Below, piece by piece: positions 38,016-51,100 of a stretch of DNA of 64,000 nucleotides. The stretch comes from Amphiscolops sp. MND2022 (taxonomy: Eukaryota): assembly GCA_964187785.1 (NCBI GenBank), contig OZ076409.1, forward strand, positions 94,738,001 through 94,802,000, read 5' to 3'. The notes below the pieces were generated by a model. The model ran no database searches. It saw only the letters and a program-made list of their open reading frames with translations, and was not told the DNA's origin. How positions within the stretch are numbered: position 1 is the stretch's first letter; each line of letters begins with the position of its first letter. The position numbers were made by a program, and so were the translations under genes.

Positions 38016-40565
38016 CTAGGTGAACCAAAAAAAACGGAACGTGCAAAAATTTTTGAGCTCTCAAAGTGTCGTAAGCACGTAAGTTAGGCTGACTACCATT
38101 TTGATAATCAAAGCGCTGCTCACTTCTATTGCTTTTCTTGGCTTTCCCACCATAGGTCTCTTCGGAGTTCACTTCCGGTCTCTCGGACGGAACGTTCCAT
38201 TTATTTAGTGTCGATTGTCCCGATCCGGCATTTAGGACAGATTGGATTTGCGGTAAGATTTGACCACTGATCGCAACATTGATTGCCCTCTGGATCTGGG
38301 TATTAACACTACTCATCATATCATCAAGTTCCCTAGACAATCTCGAATTCAACTCACTTGACAACCTGGTGATCTCGGCACTTGAATTGTCTCATGTTGA
38401 AATTTGGCCATGATTGGCACTAGTACCGGGGTCGAAACTACCTGTTTCCAGGTAATTATTTTCACCATTGTTTTCAAATTCATCTCTTGGGACGCTTCTT
38501 GGTCCCCTAGCCTGATTACTATTGACGCTCTCATCTCTTTCATTCCTGCTATAATGGTTTTCACCAAGCATGATGTCTAAGTTTTCTATATCCGAGAGCA
38601 TCTCTATTCGTCTCGATTTCCTCGCTTTCTTTTGTTTCCTAGTCACAGGCATCAAGACAGAACCGGGTCAAATAGTTCAATTATTTAAACCAAAAAACTA
38701 GTTGAGAATCGTTATATCAATTCAATCTTTATCAAAGCAAAGATATGAAAAATATGACTTCTCCTCTCGAAACATGGGTATATATACTCTCAAAAGGTGA
38801 CAGCCACATTCCACGGATTCTTCGATTAAGAGAATATTACATGATCGCGGCCTTAACAGGTCACGAGGTAAACATCATCATTATTACTAGTGAAGTAATC
38901 AACACTTCAAAGCACATATTTGAGTGAAACCCCAATCGGGTAAATTCCCGACATTCAGGTAATTTCTGAGAATCCACAACATCAAATAAATAGCACTTCG
39001 GTAGGTACACAAACCGCACCTCTAAGTATTGTTTTATGAAAACATCATCACCATTATCTTGTCAACAAATACCAATACTCACTGAAGGAATGTAAGAGGC
39101 ATCCCTTTTGGAATGTCATTGCGACACGCGTTGCCACGTGTTTATTATTTAACACAGGTTGAAACAAAATCAAATATTACATGGTCAGCTTGTTCAAAAT
39201 AGTACTACACTATCAAAATAACACACTTTTTATCAAGGCCGAAAATGGACAAATCCGGTTTATTAATCCAGCATTATAATAAGGGAGGGCAAAAGCCTTA
39301 TTCGGCCTTTAAATTAGCTCTAGGTCTACTAGGTTCATTGATCGGGGTGGAGGCTTTCATTCATCTTTAGGGATACATTTACAGCAATTTCCGATTAATA
39401 TGGTTAATTACACGAGTATAAAATTCACTTCATCTAGGTGGCCGGAACCGGCCATTTGACTAAAGCGTGTAGTGGAGTATATATATTGAGTCAATTGGCC
39501 ATACTCGGCCACTACACAATCAAAGCAGTACTAATATAGCAAAGAGAAGTGACGTGATTGGCTAAAATGCTGAGCTCAAGTGACGTCTCCGGAATAGGAG
39601 TTTCGTCCATTTGAACTCGTTTCCGTCACGCTATACAGCTACATTGCCACGTATTCTGATTACGTTTACAATTACAAAGCGCCTTTCAATCTTTGAAATC
39701 ACAATTATATTGTTTGGATCTTCAAATGTAACTTTTAAGAGACTAATTTTACATGTGCAATATATATATTAAAAGCTAACAACATCAACAAACATAATGT
39801 GTATTGAATAACAAAAATGGCGTGAAAGTTCTAAATTTATATTTTAGCCCGATCAATAGATGGGTAGTGTTCCGGGTACGAACTCTTGTCCGTTCGCTGA
39901 CGTAGTCACTGTCGTACCGTCACAGGCGGCAGCCTGCGACACAAAGTTTCAAATATTTGTCAACAAATGTTTGCGAACAACTCTGAACAATGCAATTCAA
40001 CTTGTCACTCATTCAATTTGACTTTTCTTGGAAGCCGAGAAACTTTCACACATCAAAAGTGTGAACGAAATGACTTGTGAAGACGTTTACATTTTTTCTG
40101 AAGGTTCGGATCATTCTTTGTTGGAGATTTGATTACGTAATGAGAAGATGATTGACAGAGAAAGCGTACGATTTTCAGTGTCTTGTTTACAAATATTACG
40201 ATTTTCAAGAGTGTGAAAATTTTGTGCATTCCGTTTTTTTTATTCACCAATTTGCGTCTTCAGAACCGTAACAAGACACTGATAAGCTCTCATTTTCACT
40301 GTCAATCATCGTCTCATTACGTCATTAAATCTTCAACAACGAATGTTTCGAACAATCAGAAGAAATCTAGACATCTTCACCAGTCATTTCGTTCACACTT
40401 TTGATGTGTGAAAGTTCTTTTGCCTCGAAGCAAAAACGTCAAATTGAATGGCTGACAAGCTGAACTGCAATTTTCAGAGTTGTTTTGAAACGTTTGTTGA
40501 CAAACATTTGAACCTTAAGAGAGCTCAAAAACTTTCATGCGTTCCGTTTGTTATGGTTCACTTAG
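38016..40565. mobile_element. Palindromic TA-TSD MITE (~670 bp) split by the solo LTR
   Basis: TA|CTAGGTGAACC...GGTTCACTTAG|TA. The long inverted arms rejoin once 38067-39946 is removed. Confidence 0.75.
38067..39941 (-). mobile_element. 1.9-kb solo LTR carrying a frameshifted gag-N-terminus-like ORF
   Basis: TGTCG...CGACA termini and perfect 5-bp TSD CAAAG (38062-66, 39942-46). ORF pieces 38655-38392 and 38364 onward run to the LTR end. Confidence 0.8.
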
Positions 40566-41432
40566 TATCTTCTTGTTTTTAATCTTCTTGACATTAAAAA
40601 CTTCAGTTTCAAAGCGATATTTGTTTCAATTTTTTTTAAAATTTATGCCAGAGCTTGAAATAAGGACGTTGGGTTCGAATCCCGCTCGGGAGAAAAATTT
40701 TCAATGTTGATCTATAAAGTTAGTTCAATAAATTTAGCACTACAATTAAACTATGACGTGAATGTAGTTTCATTTGTTTCAAAGCTATTGCTAAAAGCAG
40801 TTTTTAATGGGCTAAAATAGAATAAAATAAAATCTTACATTACTTTGGAAGAACATTTTGTACCCCTCGACATTAATTATTTATTGGAAATTCAACATTT
40901 GAACAACTTATTTTGGTAGAAGGACCAATCAGAACACTAGAAAACCACTTGCTGAAGCCATATGTTGCTACGAATTTGAGATTCGGTCCTTTTTCAACAA
41001 CTGTAACGCCAGGCTGTAACGTGGATTCATTTTTGCAGACATGTCAAAAATTCTAAGTGGACCAAAATTACGGATTGATTACAAGAACCCGAACTGCACA
41101 TGGTATAATATGTCGTCTATTTCTAAAGACAGCGCGAGACGAACAAGCTTAAGAAAACAAGCACTTTTTAACGTTCGAATGTCATCTTACCAGAATCTGA
41201 TTGTACTAAAAAGACATTTTTTCAACCTAAAAAATTTCAACCATTCAGAACGGCGCCTTCTGTGTAACCTTCTTGGAAAAACAAGTTCCAACTTTTTTAA
41301 AAATTACTACGAAATATGTCATTGAGAAAATAATACCTGTCCTTCATAGAAACGTTACGTCTTAGAACGTTTTTTAACCACATTTAACTACAGATTTCAG
41401 CGTTTTTTCACAAAGATCCAAGAACCAAGTGT

Positions 41433-41658
41433 AACAAGACGCCCGCTAAGCACCGGGATATTTTCCGACTTCTCCGCTTTCACCAACTGAGTCATAGCTA
41501 TTTTAGTTACTTGACTATTATAGTTACTAGTAACTAAAATAGTCAAGTAACTAAAGTATTCAAGTAGCTAAGTGAAGTGGATGGAGATTGTGGAGATTTG
41601 GCAGAATTTGGAAACAGAATATGATTTTCCTCGCCCAGTATAGGTGGGCGGAAAATAA
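41433..41658 (-). mobile_element. Family B element (truncated tRNA cassette, internal palindrome)
   Basis: Both family B termini present. Confidence 0.6.
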
Positions 41659-42362
41659 CAAAGATCCTTTTTTACACGTTTCGAAAAGTAGTGACTTGAA
41701 CGTTAGTTTTGTCAGCATAACGCGAATTGCCAGTAGCAGTTTCAGATCGAACAATACAGATAGAGAACGTTTTTCGTGTTTCGTGTCTCTTAGTTCTCGC
41801 ACTAGTTCTTAGGTTTTCCTTAAGTTTACCTTTCCAACCTACTAACTTCCAATTTTTTTAAAAAAACAGTTCAGCTGGAAGATAGGAAAACAATATTTAC
41901 CAATTTTGTCAACGTTTTCTAGGTTAACTGAGTTCACATAGGAGTCTAAACTAAAGGCCAGTATTTATTGGCAGGGTTTACAGCGATCGCGTTAAGTCTT
42001 AAATTTTTTTTCGCTCTAGTGATCTAATTTTTAGTCCAAATACTTTTAGTGATCTAATTCATTCAATTTAGTCACCGTGGCCCAGTTGTTCAGTTGTTAC
42101 ACCATCGGCGGCCTGCCAGTCAGTAGGTCGTGGGTTCGAACCCGGACTGAAGTCTGAAAATTTTTCACCTTTCCAAGGCAGTACTTCGCCTTCGCCATAC
42201 TTTTTTTGCTTATTTGAGCAATGTGGGCTTTACAGCCTGGCTTTTGCCATACTTTTTTTGCAATACGAGTGTGGCGGAAAATATCCGGTGCTGAGCGGGC
42301 GTCATGTTATAATTTTTATATAAGCTCAGGTTTTTGAGGGTTTGTGAATGCCGAATACTGAC

Positions 42363-42537
42363 CTTGGTGCTTGCAGTAGTTTCGACATGCCAAATAAGGC
42401 TGTTCCGTGTTGTCGCTATTTTTGTAGATGAGAAAGGAGTTCTTGCTCTCGATTCCCTGCCCAGACACAATGTTGACACCTTCCTTCAAGCCTCTGTTCT
42501 GGGCTTCTTGAAGGTGCAAAACTTCCACGACAGACAT
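42363..42537 (-). CDS. CMAH: CMP-N-acetylneuraminic acid hydroxylase, coding exon 1 (ATG 42537; first Rieske motif CKH)
   Basis: Translates MSVVEVLHL...LKEGVN...FLIYKN...LACRNYCKHQG, matching the CMAH N-terminus (ACKNMCKHQGG). GT donor at 42362-42361, phase 1. Confidence 0.9.
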
Positions 42538-45500
42538 TGTTGCTTGCTGCAAAGGTGGTTCGGCAGTAATTAGTTATAATCCGGGAAATTCACTAAACAA
42601 AAACAAAAAAAAACGTAAAATATTGAAATCGTAAATTAATAGATCTAAAAAATATAGACTACTATATTAGATACCACTATTACATATAATCAGAACTGAT
42701 AAATGTCGCAAGAGTTTTTTGAGATTCTGTTAGGACTTTCTTCTTTTTTATTCATCTTCAATTTTAATTAACCTAGCGGTACTTTGAAGCAGCCTACATT
42801 TTTTCGATTTCTGATTCGTTTCGCCAGTAGCCCATATTCTCTATCACAGTTTTTTCAGCAATTCTCAGGTACCGTGTTTGAAGGTGTTTGAATTTTCCAA
42901 AATTCCATTTTTGGCGAAATTCGGTTTTCTCAAAAGTCCTTGACCCATAAAGAAAAGCAACCCCATACCATTCCACTGCAATGCCTTGTGCGATAAAAAC
43001 AATTGATATGATGTTGTTATTACGAAGTGCGGAATGGCCATGAAGCGCTATAGTTCATTTCATAGTTGTGGAGATATTAAATGATTTAAAATTTTTAATC
43101 AGATTTTTCCAAAATTCGCAAAAACGCCCAAGTCAATTAGGGTTAAAGTACTCTAGTCGATCAAATGTGAAAAAAGTGTGCTGAAAAAATGAGGTGTGAA
43201 AAAATAAGGTGGGAGTTGATAGTGTGAAAAGTTTGGGACAGTGTGTTATGAGGCGAACAGATGAGTAGAAGGATTTGAAGGTGTTTATTAAAAATAGGTT
43301 GGAAAAAATGCACCTTCAAATTATTTTTTGCAAAAAATGCCACCGACTCCTCTATCAAAAAACAACTGTTACGTGTACTGAACTAAAAAAGCTTTTATAA
43401 TTACGTTGAGAGTTACGTTAAGAGTTAGGTTAATTACGTTGAGAATATGTGAAGTCGAGAATTATCAAGGTTACAGTATTTAGTTTATAAACTTTATTAC
43501 TGTAATTTTTGTAATCATCAAATAAAAAGTAACTGCAATTACTTGCACGGTAAAACTTGCTTAGGTATCTCGAGTTCATTTATTAGCGTGAAAAGCAGAT
43601 AGAAAGTGCCAGGGTTCTTAACATTTCTATCTTTATTGTATGTTTTCTGAGGTGGAAAAGAGCTCTTTTGGACCCACTTAGGATTCTTTCGGCACTCAGC
43701 GACATTTTCTGCAAATTTTCCCAACACGGTCTCCCCTTTAGGTTTTTGACATTTTGAGGTGCGGAAACTCTCGTTCAAGTCCAAAGGGTCCCCACCTCTA
43801 GGGTTTGCCTGTATTTTTTTAAAACTTTCTGTAAGTTTTCAATCATCACCTATGGGGTTCTCAAGGTTCTTTGACATTTTTAGCCTGGAAAAAAATCTTT
43901 CAAGCCCGAATGGTGTTTTTCTGTAGAGATCTTTCAGAATTTCCATGAAAACAGTTTTTTAGACTTTTTAGACTTTTTTTTAGACTTTTTAGACTGCAAT
44001 GTTGCAGCTTTAAGCGGGTGCTGACCTGTTTGAGCAGCGGAGCTGAACAGCACTATTTGAAAACAAATGAACGAACTTTTTTCAAAAACGAACTGTCGAG
44101 TTGATCAGACGACAGTCCAGCGCCCAATTGCGAATATTTTTTAAAAAAAAAACCGCTGAATTGCCCAACGCAAGGGTCTCAAAAAGTTCGGATAATGGAT
44201 AAAACTTCTGCGGAGTTCCCGGAGAAGGTTACGTAATCTTTCTTCAAAAAGTTTCTCAACCTGTGTCAGCCTTGTTTTCTCGCAACGTATACATGACGGA
44301 GACGCAGCAGTGTCATAAAGCCTTTCAGAAAAAAACAAAAAGCAAATTTATCTTAACTGTTTACAGTTAACAGTATTGAACTGGCAAAAATTGAAAATGA
44401 AAGAAAAATTTAGTCGAGGCAAACGTTTTGCCAAATTTCAAAATTTGCCAAAATGGTGCTTATTTCTGACGTATAAATTCTCAGCTTTGCAATAAAATGC
44501 TTCAAACTAGGGGCAAAGTTTTTTCTATTTTTTTTCAAGTTGTTTGGTCACAAAAATCATAAAGCTGGGCTTTATTAGAGAATATTTTTTCATTGGAAAA
44601 TTGAGAAACTTGTCGAACTCTTTCCGGAAAGAAAACTCTTTTCTATCATAGGTTATAACTTATAACTTATTTAAATTATTATTATTTAGGTTGCGTTCAA
44701 AGCCTTTGTCAAGTATGAAAAAAACGAAAGCAGCATAATTAGGCGCCCCACTTAAAGCCCAAATGCAAAAAGTACGTCAAATCGTTGAAAAAATCCCAAT
44801 TGGGGTTTGTTACCGCTTCAGAGTATTTCGGTTTCAATTATTGACTCCCAATTTCACTGGAAGTCATCACTCTTGGAAAACTTTTTGAAAGTATGAAGTG
44901 TTACCTGTCAAGCTTGTGATCAATAAGGGAGTATATAAGAAGGTCGACATATAGTATTTGGACTATATAAATAATTGATATACATTTATAAAACATCCAA
45001 AATAAGCGGAGACTGAAAAGTTTATCTGATTATTGAGCGCGAATTTGACTTTTTAATATTATTTTTTTGCTTTTTGTCATGGCACTTCACGGTTTTGGAG
45101 GTTGGTCACGCTCCAGTTCTATCGATGGTCAGTCAGTTGAACGTCACAAGTGATTTATACAGTAGAAATTGAATCAGCACAAAATACTGGCAGTTACACA
45201 GCTTGCTCATAGGAAAATTGTTTTCAAATAGGAAAGACAATCATTTTTACATAGTATTTTATCAACAATTCTTTTCATTTTTAATTTCATTTATGGCAGC
45301 GTTGAAAAATACAAAATGAATTAATGCGAATTAATATACGAAATATATATAATATATATCAATATATGAATGAACACGAAATGGCTTGGACTTGGCTCAT
45401 TTTGAGTGAGAAAATGTTCCCGACAGATTCAGTGACTTTCTAACTATCTGACTTCTTTTTGATGAGCGTTTTTTCTCAAGAAAAAGTGCCAGATTCTTGC

Positions 45501-45913
45501 AAAGTCTAATTTTTCATTAAATGACAATTTCCCATCTGAAGGGTCCACATTTTACAATCTTCTAGCTGAATATTTACAAAAAAACTAGGACTTTTTTAAT
45601 AGGATATAAGAAGCTCCAGGGGGCGGCAAAGAACCCCCGCTTTTTTCCGCACTGAGCAATGTTTTTGAAATTTTTTCAGCTCACTGAAGTGTCCCTAATT
45701 AGTTTTTTTGAGTAGGGAAAAAGGTCTCTCAAATCCAAACGACCTCATGTGGGTCTTTTTCAGCACCGAGATTTTTCTTGAATTTTTATAAAATTAGTCT
45801 GTCAGCATTTTTGATTTTTTTTTTCGCTTTTTGAGCTTTAAGTGGGGCATCGACTTGAGACGTTACCGTCTTCGCCAGACCACAAAAACGTATCTGGATG
45901 GTCTGCCGATAAA

Positions 45914-45995
45914 GTCCCACCACTTGGTCTAATGGTTGAGGTGCTTGTTTCGCAAGCAGGAGGTGGTGGGTTCGAATCCCGCATATGACAACTTT
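45914..45995 (+). repeat. tRNA-derived (Ala-like) pseudogene/SINE head
   Basis: A box TGGTCTAATGG, TTCGCAA loop, B box GGTTCGAATCCC, T-run. Acceptor stem does not pair. Confidence 0.55.
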
Positions 45996-46693
45996 TGTTT
46001 GCAAAACTAAACGAGGCCAAATGGCCCCTTTTGTTTTTTTTCAGCGCAGGGCGACTTTTTGATTTTTTTCTGTTTCGACAAAAAACACCCCCTTGATTTT
46101 CTTAAAGCATTCTGTCCATTTTAGAAATCTGATTTTAGAAGACCAAGTTTAGAAGTTCAATTTAGAGATCCAAATTGATCCCCTCGACAGTTTTCGGCAA
46201 TGTCAGTTTCTCAAAATGTTTCTTAGAAATTGCCTTCAAGATTATAAAAAACGACTGCGCTTTTTGAGCCTTAAGCAGCCACCGACTTTCGACGTTCCTG
46301 TCTTGTTCAATGGTTGAGTTTATCATTAACAGAACCTGTAAATATAGCTCTAGAGCTGTTGACTTGCATTTGGTAAAAGAGATAAGATAAAACAGTATAA
46401 GCAACGGTTTACCATACACGTAACACGTTCTCAATAAAAACTTGAAAGCGTCAAAAATATCGAGAAATCTATTGAATGGAAATTTTGGCAGTTTTCCAAA
46501 GCAGACATGATAGCAAAAAAAACATACCTGCACTGAGAAAAAACATAGAAAAAAGTAGATATTCTAGTCATGAATTTTTATTCTAGTTTCGATTTTAACG
46601 CGAAATTTAACTTGATGAGTAACAAAAGATGTGCGACAAAACAGGAAAGCAGAGGAGTATGTTAGTGTACTTAATAAGAAGCACTTGCTGTTA

Positions 46694-48038
46694 TTTTTAG
46701 TCGGCGCGTTTTCCTTTTAAGGAAAAATGCCCTACTATAGCAGTGACCTTTTTTTATTTTTCTTCAGACCACATACCTCACACTGATCGGTCTACGTTTT
46801 AGGAACATTCCTGAAACCACCTAAGGCCAAGACCGGCCAAGGCAAACTTAGTAACTAACCTACAAACCGGACGAGACTAAAGGGTCCCCCCTTTCGATTT
46901 TTTTCGGCACTGTGCGACTTTTTTTCAGAAACTTTTTAATGTCCCCAAAGGGTCCCCTTCAAGTTTTTTTGTTAATTTCCAACAGAATGTATGTTTATGA
47001 ATCAGAAAGGGTCCCAACTTTTACATTTTTTTGGCACTATGCGACATTTTTCGACAGAAAAAAATTCAAAAATTTCAAGTTTTTTTCCAAAAAATGTTTT
47101 GCGCTTTTTGAGCCTTAGATATAGCGCCGACTTTAGACGTTCTTGTTTTGTCTATCCGATTGATCTATTTGTCGTTTTCATCATACTTTCGTTCTTTTTT
47201 CTGTATAAAAAAAGAATTCACTGAAGAATCTTTCTTTTAGATCAATTATCCGTTCTTGTGAAACAACTGGCGGAAAAAATTCAGATGTCGATGCCTAAAA
47301 TCAGATGGCGTTTTTGGGATATAAGAAACCTTCAAACAAACTGTTTCCTATTTTTTCCCATTTAGATGCTAATATGAATAATTGCCATACAACCTTTTAT
47401 GTTCACGATCCTGAATGAATGTAAGTTGATGTAAGTAACAATGAGCAAGATATTGATGAACAAATTAGTTTCAACATATCTGGTCGTGCGAAAAGATTGC
47501 AACAATTGCATGGATTGGTAGTAAAAAAACATAAAACTTTAAAAAAATTACTTCGTTAATCATTGAAATTTCACGCTAAATTCTTGCATTTTTCACAACA
47601 CAACGTATAACAAGCCCGGAACGGCATAAGTCGGCGAGTAGCAAAAGGACTTCAAAGCGTGAAATATTCTCTTCCACTGTACCCGAAAAAGTACAGGGGG
47701 ATCGATCATGCTCGCTAAAAGTTGGGAAACCCTTAGGATTTTTTTAGCATCTTTTCTGTTGCAAAATTTCAAAAGATTGAAAAGATTTGAAGACATTTAA
47801 AAGTTTTTGACAAAACAGTCTCAGAGTGCCGAAAAACAATCGGAAGTGGGACCCTTTAGTCTCGTCCGGTTTTGTATGTTACGCTAGAAAAAAAAACAAC
47901 TATTGTAGTTCGTTTAGCTCCCTGGAGTTTTGTAGAACACTTAAAGTTTTGTAGAATTTGTAGAACTATTTTCGTTAGTTCATGTGGATTGGAAAAAATG
48001 TAACTAAAGTCGCATTTCATTTCATGAAGCGCTGACTA
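46694..48038. mobile_element. Two family A elements (~46694-47150 on +, ~47610-48038 on -)
   Basis: Same terminal motifs. More degenerate copies at ~45460-46290. Confidence 0.55.
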
Positions 48039-48131
48039 GGAACATGATGTGTTGAAATGAATTGTTTAGGAGTTAAATTGAGAATAAATTAGATAATAAA
48101 ATGGTTTTTCAATCCATTTGTTGACGATTAT

Positions 48132-51100
48132 TGTTTTATTCTAAGCTACGAGTGTTAAAACAGGAGTACTAAAAATATCCTTCCAAAAGTAACTAAATTT
48201 GAGTACATACAAAAAATAAATAAATACATCACACTTCTATATTCTTAGTTCAACTCTTATTTATAAGTAAGCAGTTATTTTCTACAACGAAATTCGGTAG
48301 AGGTCATGACAGCTGAATCATATAACATTCCTTGTTCCCTCCAGATTCTTCTTCTGCTATGTTATGGGCGGTGTTGTCATATCTCCCGGAAACACGTCTG
48401 CTGGTTCCTGTATTGCTTCCAGCAATGGTGTTAATTTAGTCCGGTTCCAAATAAAGTCTCTATGTAATCTAACAAATTGGTTGGCCCCTTAAATATCCTT
48501 GGTATGTAATGCTACCCATCCATTCGGTCTATTAACGTTTCGACGTGACCGCCTATTGTTTATTTCCGAATTCTCACCCTGTAGCATCTCTCCATCCGTT
48601 TGTATTTGGATAACATCATTTTCTAGATCAATTTGGTTGTTTGGTTGAGCCAGTATTTTTCTTCCGTTTCAGAGGTGTCATAAGTTTTTCAGGCTTCCTC
48701 CAGGAAGTCTTCGTCTTTTTCATCGTCATAAGTCATCATCTTCCAAATCGGATTCAGTTTTTTAAATCTTTTTTGGAGAACCCATTGTTTTCCATTACGA
48801 ATCTCACTGAGATAATTTCGTCCTATTTGCCGTATTTCCCGTCCAGGCCTTCAGACTGTGACAATTCCTCTGGAATAATTCAACTGATACGGCTGGCACC
48901 GCCTCTTATTGGCTTTTTTTGTGTCTCTTTATTTTTCATGTAAACTTTTCACGGTGTTTTATGTTGCGCCTATTGAGGGTTGTATGTTTGATTGGAATCT
49001 ACCTTCTGACGATGTTCGGTTGTGAATCTTTTCAAAAGAGTAAAAAGCGTATCTTACCGAGATTTTGTCGTTCGGAGCCAGATGTCTCTCTTCGATTTTC
49101 GTCCGTGTCATCACCATGTAAATTGTGATATCCTTCTCGACGTCTCGACCAACATGTGTCAGGATTTCCAGCTTTTGAGGTTCAAAATGGGATAATTTTT
49201 TCCCAATCTGATTTTTTCCCAGTCTTTTGTTCTATTTGTTAGTTCCGTTTTTGAACAGCAACCTTGTTGTAGTTCGAACGGAGATTTCTGTAACCCCGTA
49301 AGTATGGTAAACTGCAATACTCGCAAAGCTCCGTAAACACTTTTGTTTAAATAGTTTCCGTCTTCCATGTTAACTACTAGGTTTTTGAAGTTTGTATTGC
49401 TCTTTCCACTGTTCTGTTCCCGGTGTGCATCCCATTTGTACAATAATCAGTTTCTGCATTTCGGCTTTCAAAAAATTCATGTTGAGACAAATAGCCCTCT
49501 ATCCTATTTTAATTTCCGGGTTTTCCGCAAAAATTATTATTGCTTGTTAAGACATTTATACCTTCCTTGGTTTCTAATTGTTTAGTTTTTCGCTGTCGAC
49601 TATCTGGTAAACTGGTAAACTGAGCGATTGCTCTCAGCATTGGTACGTCTCCCTCTATAGTTTGTTAGACTATTTTCCAATAGAGTATTCGTATTCCTTG
49701 TCCCCAGTTTGATAAAGTTTTTAAAAACTGGGTACTGATGTTTCCAATGTTTAATTTATTGGATTTTTACCTTGGCTGGGCACGCGGTGCAGTCATTCAC
49801 TTTCCGTTCAATATCTCTCCGCATCTCCAGCCACCAGAATACTTTCGCCTCATTTGCAATTTTTGGAACTCCGGGATGACCTAAATATAAAATATCAAGT
49901 ATCCTTTTCCGGAGATCAAACGGTTGGAAAACTGATCTTCCATGATAAATGCGCCCCAATGTATTGAAAGAATCTGAAGACCAGTGTATTTTTTCAGGGG
50001 CCGTTTCTTAATATTATCGCATCATACTGGCCCATACCCTTGTATTATCCGCATTTCCTTCTGTCTTTGAGGTTACGGTTTTCAAAACTCGGTAATGATT
50101 TAGCACTAAGTCTGTATCAGCCTTCTTTATGTTCTCACCGGTCAGCGTTTTGTAACCGGATAGTTGGCCCACATTGTGGTTGTTCTGGATGAAATGGTCT
50201 TCTTTTTCTTTGTTATTGTATGTACCGAGGTCCACGACTGGCAGGTATCCCGTGCATGATGACATTATCTTCTTTAGCATCAACCGTATTTGGTTCAGTC
50301 TCCAGTTCACCTGCTTCCGCAGCTTCGGGTTCTGCTTCTTCCTGACATGGGAGAATTCCCCACTTAACCGGTTTGCTCGGTGTGTCAATTCGTCTTCGAT
50401 TTCTGCGATATCCTCACGACTCCGTTTGTTGGCGCGATTACAGTTCTTTGCAAATTGTCGATCACAACGGGCTAGTCATCGGGATATAGTTTTGCACTCT
50501 GGCGATTGTTCATGTTTCGTGTAAACAATAAGTCGGTTCTAGCGCATTATGGTTTGTATAGAAATGAAAGTTTATCCCGTATAGGTCGAATCGGAACACT
50601 TCCAATTACGACACTATTGTTAGTAATTCAATTTCTCCGATCAAACACTTCTCTGTATCACTCAAATATCTGCTGCCGCACGCCATCGTTACAATCTCTC
50701 CGTTGTCCTGCTTTTGCCATTGTGTAATACCGAGTCCGGTTTTTCGGGCTTCCGTTGTAAACATGGTTTCTTTGTTGTTCGTAAAGCGTGCTAGACAAAG
50801 TGTTTTTGTAAACATTTGTTTACTTTGATAGAAATCTTTCGTTCGCCTTCCCAATTCCCTGGTTCCCTCTTTCTCAGTAACTTTCTAAGTGTTTCGGTAA
50901 AAGTTTTGTAACCTACTGTTTTGTTCCGAGAAAGGATGGTAATTCATTGGTGTTCTCAGCCGTCTTAAATACCATTATTTCTCAAGTATGCCTTCGTTCG
51001 GTTCAATTCCGTTTTCGTTTATTCCATGTCCTACCAATTCTGTTATGGAAAAAACTCTGATTTTTTGCTTCCAGTAACAAGCGTTAACGAGTTTAGACAC

